A stretch of 64,000 nt of DNA from Chthoniobacterales bacterium (lineage in GTDB: Bacteria; Verrucomicrobiota; Verrucomicrobiia; Chthoniobacterales; JAATET01), in the NCBI GenBank assembly GCA_015655545.1, contig JAATET010000071.1, positions 2,526 through 66,525 of the forward strand, read 5' to 3'. Shown here piece by piece: positions 56,609-63,803 of this stretch. Position numbers and translations under genes: made by a program. The notes under the pieces are model-generated. The model worked only from the letters and a program-made list of their open reading frames with translations, was not told the DNA's origin and did no database searches. Each line of letters opens with the position of its first letter. Within the stretch, counting starts at the first letter, position 1.

Positions 56609-58062
56609 CTTTTCGACGGGAGACCGGCCACTCTCCGCAGTTCCTCGACCACGCGCATTCGCAATGGCTTCGCCTTTTCACGATAAAATTTTTCGAGCGC
56701 TCCCTGCGTTTCCTCCTTGGCCGCGCGCAGCCGTTCTTCCAGGCCGCGCCGGCTCTCCGCCGCTTTTTCGCGCGTTTCCTGGAGTTTTCGAGCGGCCTCT
56801 TCTTCGCGGGTGCGAAGGCGCGCTTCGTTTTGAGTGAGACGCCGATTCTGGCTCTCGAGGTAATCGATGTAGGTCAAAGGATTCGTCTTCAGTTCATCGA
56901 TCGGATCGACCCATTTCGAGCGAGCCCGGCCTTTCGTCCGAAATTCCGCCGAGACCAGCACGCAAAAATCAATCAGGCCGCTCGCCCATTGCCGGCCGCG
57001 CTCCCGCTCCGCCTGGAGACTTGTCTGCTCGACCGCTTCGCCCAGCCAGCCGCCGCCGGACCAATCTTGCGCCGCGAGGTGCGCGGCCAGCGGCGAGGCA
57101 TCATCGGGCGGAAAGAAGAAGGCGGCGGGCGCTTGCTCGCGATGGGTCGCGATATCGGAACAGGCAACGGATTTCCCGAGCGCGAGCGCATCCTGCACCG
57201 TGGTGTTCCAGCCTTCGAATTCCGACGGCTGGATGATCTCCGTCGCACTTCGCAAAATCGCCACCAGATCGGAAAACGGCACCTCCCCGAGGACGCTGAT
57301 GTTCTCGAAAAGCTTTTCGGTCGTGAGCCGCCGGACGATTTCCGAGAGATGTGGATTGGCGACATCCCGTGAGTCGGAAAGCATGCCCACCATCACGACA
57401 TGCACCTTGGGGTTTATCTTCCTGGCCTGCGCGACCGCCTCGACGACCAAACGGTGGTTTTTGTGCTTCCAAAATTGATTGGCCACGAGCGCGAAGGCTT
57501 CGGGAAGGTTGTATTTTTGCCTCACCGCGCCTGGATCGCCCTTGATGAGCCCCGCATCGCTCGCGAACGACGAACAAAAATGCACCGCATCGCTCGGGCC
57601 GGAAAAACCGGGATAAAACACGCGGAAATCGGCGCGCACCGCCTCGCTGGAAAACATCATCGCATCGCAATTTCCAATGAGGTAACCGAAATGCCGGTCC
57701 CGCTGGGCGCGCTGGGCTTCCGTAAAATATTTCTGAAGATGCCGGTGCTGGAAATCGGGAATCCAGCCGATCAACGCGCAATCGGTGTCGGGCAGCAACG
57801 CCTCGGTCACCGGCAGCAATACGTCGATGCGCTCGTCCTTCACGATTTGCCGCACTTGAGCCGGAGCCAGATCCGGCGTCTCCGCGCAGATCGTGCGGAC
57901 GCCCGGCGGCAGCGCAGCCAGCGAACTCCGCGTTCCGCTCACGACGCAGATTTCGCAGCGTTCGTCCGCTGCACTCGCCAGGGCATGCACCATGCTGCGC
58001 GAGTAGCTCGCGCCCGCGGTCCAGCTCGGATCGGAGCGATCCAAAAATCCGATTCTGATCAT
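56605..58062 (-). CDS. Glycosyltransferase family 4 with a C-terminal coiled-coil extension
   Basis: 'FALVANQFWKHKNH', 'IIQPSEFEGWNTTVQDALALGKSVACSD' (EX7E) and the tail 'LESQNRRLTQNEARLRTREEEAARKLQETREKAAESRRGLEERLRAAKEE'. Confidence 0.8.
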   Translation of the reverse strand: MIRIGFLDRSDPSWTAGASYSRSMVHALASAADERCEICVVSGTRSSLAALPPGVRTICAETPDLAPAQVRQIVKDERIDVLLPVTEALLPDTDCALIGWIPDFQHRHLQKYFTEAQRAQRDRHFGYLIGNCDAMMFSSEAVRADFRVFYPGFSGPSDAVHFCSSFASDAGLIKGDPGAVRQKYNLPEAFALVANQFWKHKNHRLVVEAVAQARKINPKVHVVMVGMLSDSRDVANPHLSEIVRRLTTEKLFENISVLGEVPFSDLVAILRSATEIIQPSEFEGWNTTVQDALALGKSVACSDIATHREQAPAAFFFPPDDASPLAAHLAAQDWSGGGWLGEAVEQTSLQAERERGRQWASGLIDFCVLVSAEFRTKGRARSKWVDPIDELKTNPLTYIDYLESQNRRLTQNEARLRTREEEAARKLQETREKAAESRRGLEERLRAAKEETQGALEKFYREKAKPLRMRVVEELRRVAGLPSKR

Positions 58063-58125
58063 CGTGAAGTCCCAACCCGCCAGCCGCCCGTGGCAACGAA
58101 TGCTCCGAGGCGGAACTCGCCGCAG

Positions 58126-58845
58126 CTAATAAAGAACTTCATCGAGAATGAGATAAATCCCCTCTTCCGCCTCGACTTGATCGATCCTCGCCGCCTGCTC
58201 CGCGCTGAGATGACGCTGCCAGTCGCCCATGATGCCTTTGCGGAAAAAGCGTTTTTCTTCCGGCACGGTCGCGCCGCTGAGCTTGGAAAACTGGGTGTTC
58301 TGCCGCGCTTCGCGGATTTGCAGCTTCGTCAGCGTTCGCCCCAAAAAACGTCCAAGCCGGAAAAGCTCGTCATCGAAGACGGTGTGCAGCTTTTGATAAG
58401 TCGTGAAGAATATCCGATCCTCGACGCCGCGGTTGTCCCAATACAAATGATAGCGCGTCAGCGCGCGGACCAGATTCTCGCCGCGCTTGGCGAAGAACTC
58501 ATCCATCGTGCCCACAAAATGTCCGAGCCGCTTGAAATGATAGTAGGCGGACACCACCACGTCCTTCGGGTCGCGATAGATATTGAGGATCTTTACCCCC
58601 GGCTCCGCGAGAAGCAGCGGGCGCATTTCATCCTCGGGCTTGAAGTGCGCCTTGATGAGGTAGTCGTTCGTCTCGATATCCGCGACGCGTAGAAACTCAG
58701 GCATCCGCCGCGGCTCGATCGTGTTGTTTTTCCACGACTCGTTTTTAAATTCCGCCGGCACTTCCAACACGGCACCGAGCTGCCGGACGATCAACGTCAG
58801 CCAGGTCGAGCCGCTTTTGAACGCGCCGTTGCTTACGATCAACAT
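58126..58845 (-). CDS. Sulfotransferase (Sulfotransfer_1, cytosolic-type)
   Basis: 5'-PSB 'GAFKSGSTWL', 3'-PB 'IYRDPKDVVVSAYYH' and the C-terminal 'FFRKGIMGDWQRHL'. Confidence 0.85.
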   Translation of the reverse strand: MLIVSNGAFKSGSTWLTLIVRQLGAVLEVPAEFKNESWKNNTIEPRRMPEFLRVADIETNDYLIKAHFKPEDEMRPLLLAEPGVKILNIYRDPKDVVVSAYYHFKRLGHFVGTMDEFFAKRGENLVRALTRYHLYWDNRGVEDRIFFTTYQKLHTVFDDELFRLGRFLGRTLTKLQIREARQNTQFSKLSGATVPEEKRFFRKGIMGDWQRHLSAEQAARIDQVEAEEGIYLILDEVLY

Positions 58846-58864
58846 GAGAAATACGGCCGAAGCG

Positions 58865-59734
58865 TCAGGCGCTCCAGCGTTCGATCACCAGCGGCATCGC
58901 GGCCCGCACCACCACCAAGCCGATCACCAACACGACGAGGCCCAGCCCCACGACACCGAGGAATTGCGGCAGCATCGTCAAATGCTCACCCGCCATCAGC
59001 TGCCGGGAAGTTATGATCATCGGCGTCATCGGGTTGATTTTGGTCGCCCATGCATATTTGCCGGCGAAGGGAGTCAGCGCGGCGAAGACCGCCGGCGTCA
59101 CCGCGAGCCAGCCTTTTTCAAGAATGGGAATGGCCAGCGCCACGTCTCGATAGAGCAGCCCGATCGGCATGATCAGGAGGCCGAAGGCCGTTCCCAAAAC
59201 CGCGACGCAGATCATGGCGGGCGGCCCCAGCAATGTGGTCGCGTGAAATGGAAGATGAAACCAAAGAAAGGTGAAGAAGATTAGCAGAAGCTGCAGCACC
59301 ATGGTGATGCCCAGCTTGAGCATGCTGGAAAGGATGATCGCCTCGGGCGGCACGACGACTTTCGTGAGCACGCTGCGATAGCTGCCCATCACGAGGAGCG
59401 GGCCGCTCACGGCCGTGGCGAAGATCTGCCACACGGACATGCCGATCAAAATGTAGGCGCCGGTCGGGATGCTCGCTTCGCCGAAATTGACCAAATTATT
59501 TTGCTGCGCGACCGACAGGCCGACTGCGACCACGATCGGCGGCGCGAGAATCCAAAAAAGGCCGAAGAGCGACTGGCGATATTGCGAGCGCAGATCGCGC
59601 ACCGCGAGAATGACCGCCAGCTGCCGGCTGCCGATCATATCGTGCCACATCTCGGCCAGCATTTTCCACGGCCGGAGCACGATGCTTTCCGCGCCGTATT
59701 CGTAAGTTTGGGTATGTCCGCTTTCGAGGCTCAT
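58865..59734 (-). CDS. ABC-2-type polysaccharide/teichoic-acid exporter permease (Wzm/KpsM/TagG-like)
   Basis: 'LAVILAVRDLRSQYRQSLFGLFWILAPPI' is the typical ABC-2 N-terminal motif. Six predicted TM segments, 289 aa. Confidence 0.8.
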   Translation of the reverse strand: MSLESGHTQTYEYGAESIVLRPWKMLAEMWHDMIGSRQLAVILAVRDLRSQYRQSLFGLFWILAPPIVVAVGLSVAQQNNLVNFGEASIPTGAYILIGMSVWQIFATAVSGPLLVMGSYRSVLTKVVVPPEAIILSSMLKLGITMVLQLLLIFFTFLWFHLPFHATTLLGPPAMICVAVLGTAFGLLIMPIGLLYRDVALAIPILEKGWLAVTPAVFAALTPFAGKYAWATKINPMTPMIITSRQLMAGEHLTMLPQFLGVVGLGLVVLVIGLVVVRAAMPLVIERWSA

Positions 59735-59747
59735 GAAATTAAAACGT

Positions 59748-60494
59748 TCAACCTACGCGGATGGCGAAGGCGACTCCGTAGCCTAAGCTGCCATATTCGA
59801 AAGCACGAATCGCAAAGTCGACCTCAGCGATCGCCTGCCGCCAGACTTGGCGCAGGTTGGGATGCGCAGGGTGGCTGATGTCGTCAAAGATAAGCGCCCC
59901 GCCGACGGCGAGGCGCGGCAGCACATCGCGCAAATCCTGGAGCGCACCTTCGTCGCTATGATCTCCGTCGACCACAATGATCGAAAATTTCTCGTTCGCC
60001 TTCTCGGCGAAAAACTTGGGGAGCGTGACGTGGCTGTTTCCGTCAACAAACGAGACGGGCCCGCGGTGTCCGACACGGCGCAGCTCGGTTTTCACGAAAT
60101 CGGGCCCGGGATTTTCCATGCCGGCGTAGTCGGCCATCCACATATCGAAACCATAGAGCGCGCACTTCGGAGCGGCGGCGGCGGCGGTCGCCATGCTGCG
60201 TCCCCGCCGGACTCCGATCTCCAAATAACTGGTTGGTTGAATGAGCTGCGCCGTGGCGGCGACGACATCCACGATATCGAGATACCTCCAATGCTCGCCG
60301 AATTTTTTTTCGCCTTCGTGACGAAAATCGGTGATGTAACGCGAGTAGGCATCCGGCGCGAGGCGCGCAAAGGTCTTCCGCACGAAACGCCGGCATTCGC
60401 GGGTATGGGCAAATGCGATGATCGTCTCGGGATCGACCAGGACAGGGTTATACCATTTACCAAGCTCTTCGTGCCGCGAAAACAGGGAGTTCAT
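59748..60494 (-). CDS. Class I SAM-dependent methyltransferase (Methyltransf_24-like)
   Basis: 'YLEIGVRRGRS' (motif I-like) and 'SIIVVDGDHSDEGALQDLRDVLPRLAVGGALIFDD'. The ATG at 60494 lies 5 nt after the upstream stop. Confidence 0.75.
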   Translation of the reverse strand: MNSLFSRHEELGKWYNPVLVDPETIIAFAHTRECRRFVRKTFARLAPDAYSRYITDFRHEGEKKFGEHWRYLDIVDVVAATAQLIQPTSYLEIGVRRGRSMATAAAAAPKCALYGFDMWMADYAGMENPGPDFVKTELRRVGHRGPVSFVDGNSHVTLPKFFAEKANEKFSIIVVDGDHSDEGALQDLRDVLPRLAVGGALIFDDISHPAHPNLRQVWRQAIAEVDFAIRAFEYGSLGYGVAFAIRVG

Positions 60495-60498
60495 CAAA

Positions 60499-61173
60499 TC
60501 AAACCAATGAGCGCACAATCCGCGCCGGATTGCCAGCAACGACGCAATCGTCATCGACATCTGCAGTCACGACGCTGCCAGCGGCAACGACCGAACGGCT
60601 CCCGATTTTCACGCCTTTAAGCACGATGCTGTTTGCGCCGATCCAGCAATCCTCACCGATCTCGATCGGAGCGGAAGGAATGGCGTGCGTGCGCGGCCGG
60701 CCTTCGAGAAGATTCAAATAGTCCTCATGCCTGTCACGCGCGTCGAGTGGATGCGAGTCGTTGTCGAAAATCTGGACACCGTGGCCGATCAACGTGCGCG
60801 AGCCGATGAGAATCCGCTCCCGCGTCGAGACGATCACGTCGTCGCCGATATAAACGAACTCGCCGATCTCGATCTCCCCCAGCCCGCCGTCGCATAAAAG
60901 AATGCCCCGGCAAATGGTGCGCGAACCGAGGCGAATCTTTTCCCGAGTGCCCGTGCACCATGCCATCGCACCGAGCATGCAGTCATCGGCGATCGTCGAA
61001 CACTCGCGGAATCGCCGCCAGACGCTCCACCCGGGATCCTTGCAATCCCCGGTGCGTGGGTGGACCGCACCGAGAGCGAAGGCGTGCTCATTCCTCGGAA
61101 CCGAGGGCGGAACAGGGGCGATTGATTCGCTTGGGGCGCGGAATCCAAGACACTGTAAAATGATTCGAATCAC
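60499..61173 (-). CDS. Left-handed beta-helix (hexapeptide-repeat) acetyltransferase
   Basis: 'IGSRTLIGHGVQIFDNDSHPL', 'IGEDCWIGANSIVLKGVKIGSRSVVAAGSVVTADV' and 'VVAGNPARIV'. The start is uncertain (GTG 61173, or the ATG at 60978 in 'MLGAMAW'). Confidence 0.75.
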   Translation of the reverse strand: MIRIILQCLGFRAPSESIAPVPPSVPRNEHAFALGAVHPRTGDCKDPGWSVWRRFRECSTIADDCMLGAMAWCTGTREKIRLGSRTICRGILLCDGGLGEIEIGEFVYIGDDVIVSTRERILIGSRTLIGHGVQIFDNDSHPLDARDRHEDYLNLLEGRPRTHAIPSAPIEIGEDCWIGANSIVLKGVKIGSRSVVAAGSVVTADVDDDCVVAGNPARIVRSLV

Positions 61174-61193
61174 AAGTTCTCTCCAGACAAGAT

Positions 61194-62510
61194 TCAGACA
61201 GGATGTGCGGCCTCTTCCCTGGTGGTCGCACCAATGGCTTTTCCGGTGAACTGAAGCTCCGCCCGCCACCGCTTCTCACGATCCGGCATTTTGAGATGGC
61301 CGTACACTTCGGAATTCTGCGCGCGCCGGCTCCACAACACCGACGCCCCGTCCCAAGTCTCCAAGCTTCGACGATATTCCCAAAGCTCCGAGAACAACTC
61401 GAAAAAACGGGAGGCCTCCGTCGGATCCTTTCCAAACTCTGCCACCACTTCATCGACCGAAGGAAGGTGCACATCGATCCCTAGCAGCCAGGGAATAAGC
61501 ACGCTCGAGTAAGACCCGACAGGCGTCAGAACCGACCGAAACCCATAGCGCCTGAGCACCACCTCGAGCGGCAAATGGCTGATCGCAAGCTCGGTTTCTT
61601 TCTGGAAAAGGAAGGCCTCTCCTCCAAAATTCAGACGATTGAGACGCCGCACCACCTCCGCCGCCTGCCCGGCAGTCTCCCGAGGGTGCGGCTTCACGTA
61701 GACGCGATCCACCCCGCCCAGGTGCGGCAATGCCAGACCCACCACCAGACGAACCTCGTCTTCAAAGGACAGCATGCGTGCCTCGGTATAAGTGGAAGTC
61801 AGAAGCAACGCGGCGTTTTCGGACTTCGTCGACGCTGCTCCAGGAGACGACTCAGCGGGGATGTTCGCCGCGGCACTCTCGATGATCCGCAGATAGTAGC
61901 GCCGGGGAATGATCGTCAACTCAGTGCTGACCGACGTCATCGAGCTCTCATCGTCGAGCAGAATGTGAAAATCGGGCAAAACGGCGTAGGCCCTGCTGAC
62001 GTCAGCAAACGAAACCATGCGCACGGAGTCGATTTTTCCGAGCACATCCCCGCAGACGCAAACCTCCGCCTCCTCGAACGCGGCACAAACCAACTCATTC
62101 GTAAGCTGCCAGTTCCGGGCGAGATGAAGCTCGTCCAACCTCTCGATTCCGACCCGCCGGCGAATCTCGGCGATCACCTCCGAGAAATCCGCGGCGGGAT
62201 TTTGCCAAAGCGCATCTTCCAGATCGTAGGCATCCACGATGCGGCTCCACGTTTTCGATTGGGAAAGAATGCCCGCCGCCAAGGCAATTCCGCTGTTCCT
62301 GCCGAAGGCATACTTCCCGAAGAGAAGGCAGATATTGATTCCCTCCTGCCCTTCCTCCTCATTTTCCCCGAGATACTGCGCGACGGTCTCACACATGAGC
62401 AGCTGGGCGGGACCCTGCGCAACAAAGAGCCGGAAGACCGCATCCTTTTGACGACTTCGCTCCGCGCCGTACCCGCGCAACCGCCGCCAGACCTTTTTCA
62501 AGACACCCAT
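61194..62510 (-). CDS. Putative sialyl/nonulosonyl-transferase-like GT-B protein (HP-motif)
   Basis: The ATG at 62510 gives 'MGVLKKVW'. 'VDRVYVKPHPRE' (H-P motif context), a downstream 'PVGSYSSVLIP' (SS-type phosphate-binding-like) and an N-terminal acidic 'NEEEGQEG'. It lies next to the CMP-sugar genes. The assignment is tentative. Confidence 0.4.
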   Translation of the reverse strand: MGVLKKVWRRLRGYGAERSRQKDAVFRLFVAQGPAQLLMCETVAQYLGENEEEGQEGINICLLFGKYAFGRNSGIALAAGILSQSKTWSRIVDAYDLEDALWQNPAADFSEVIAEIRRRVGIERLDELHLARNWQLTNELVCAAFEEAEVCVCGDVLGKIDSVRMVSFADVSRAYAVLPDFHILLDDESSMTSVSTELTIIPRRYYLRIIESAAANIPAESSPGAASTKSENAALLLTSTYTEARMLSFEDEVRLVVGLALPHLGGVDRVYVKPHPRETAGQAAEVVRRLNRLNFGGEAFLFQKETELAISHLPLEVVLRRYGFRSVLTPVGSYSSVLIPWLLGIDVHLPSVDEVVAEFGKDPTEASRFFELFSELWEYRRSLETWDGASVLWSRRAQNSEVYGHLKMPDREKRWRAELQFTGKAIGATTREEAAHPV

Positions 62511-62557
62511 TTGGCATTCCCCACCGGTCTTTCCCGGAGCGGACTCGACATGCTTTC

Positions 62558-63796
62558 TCAACTCCCGCCCGGAATAAAAAAATCCAGACCTCGATCCCTC
62601 AGAATTTGCTCGGCAAATTCCCTCACCGCCCCGTTTCCGCCACCTTTGCTGCAAATATAATGGGCACGTGCCGCCACATCCGCAACCGCGTCGCTCGGGC
62701 AGCACGCCAGTCCAACCGCCTCGAGCACAGGGATATCCGCCAAGTCGTCACCGATGTAGGCCACCTCATCCAGGGTGACATTTGCTTCCGCGGAAATTCT
62801 GCCCAACTCCAGCATCTTGTCCACCGCACCCTGTGCGAGATAATTTACCTTCAACTTCGCCGCGCGGCGCTCCACGATCTTCGTGTCTTCCACGGTAATA
62901 ATGCCCGTAAGAATGCCTGCCAGTCGCAGCAATTCGATGCCCTTCCCGTCGCGGGTGTTGAATTTTTTGATCTCGTCCCCGCATTCCGAATAATACATTC
63001 CCGCGTCCGTCAGCACCCCGTCCACATCGGTCAGAAAGAGTTTAATTTTCCCCACACGGGCGCGGAAATCGTCCGCGGAAATTCTCAGTTTCCCAAGGAG
63101 GGCGGAGCCTCCCAGCAAAGAACCGGCCTTGCTCTTTGCGAGGATCGCCTCCACCACATCCCAGTCCGACGGCTCGTCGAGCTCAAAATATGACTCTTCT
63201 CGCATTTCATAGAGGGACACCTTGCCTGGGAGCCTGCTCCCCGTGCGAAGAAGCGCCTCCCTTTCGCAAATATAAAAGGCTCCATTCTCCACATAATAGG
63301 GCTTCATCTCCTGGCGTCGCGGCCTGGAGCGCGGGTCGTAATTCCCAGATGATGCAACGCCGTCTGAATCGCGGCTCCAAATAAACCGCTTCTGCGGCAC
63401 GACGGAAAGGAGGCTATCCGCGCCGGCACGATTGAGCTCCGCCAACCCCGACGCGAGGTCCTGCGAGGTAAGCAGGGGCGAAGTGGCCTGAATGAGAACC
63501 ATTTTCCCGAATTCATGTTTGCCGGCGAATTCGAGCATCACAAACTCCGTACTGGCCGTGTCGCTGGCGGACTCGACGCTTCGCCCGGAGACAAACACCT
63601 TGGGATTGGCAAGTGCAGTGACGACTTGCGCAATCCTGTCGTCGTCCGTGCAAACATGGACTTCCTCAATTTCATCGCAGCCTGCGGCGGCCTCTATGAC
63701 CCATTGGCAAAGCGGCTTTCCGGCAAGCAGCTTAATGTTCTTGAGCGGGATGTTCTTGCTGCCGCCTCGCAGCGGAATAAAGGCAATCGTCTTCAC
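62558..63796 (-). CDS. Fusion: acylneuraminate-type cytidylyltransferase (CMP-nonulosonate synthetase) + KdsC-like HAD phosphatase
   Basis: N-terminal 'IAFIPLRGGSKNIPLKNIKLLAGKPL' (CTP_transf_3). C-terminal 'LFLTDVDGVLTD' (HAD motif I), 'KVNYLAQGAVDK' and 'YIGDDLADIPVLEAVG' (motif IV). GTG start at 63796. Confidence 0.8.
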   Translation of the reverse strand: MKTIAFIPLRGGSKNIPLKNIKLLAGKPLCQWVIEAAAGCDEIEEVHVCTDDDRIAQVVTALANPKVFVSGRSVESASDTASTEFVMLEFAGKHEFGKMVLIQATSPLLTSQDLASGLAELNRAGADSLLSVVPQKRFIWSRDSDGVASSGNYDPRSRPRRQEMKPYYVENGAFYICEREALLRTGSRLPGKVSLYEMREESYFELDEPSDWDVVEAILAKSKAGSLLGGSALLGKLRISADDFRARVGKIKLFLTDVDGVLTDAGMYYSECGDEIKKFNTRDGKGIELLRLAGILTGIITVEDTKIVERRAAKLKVNYLAQGAVDKMLELGRISAEANVTLDEVAYIGDDLADIPVLEAVGLACCPSDAVADVAARAHYICSKGGGNGAVREFAEQILRDRGLDFFIPGGS

Positions 63797-63803
63797 GAGA
63801 TTT

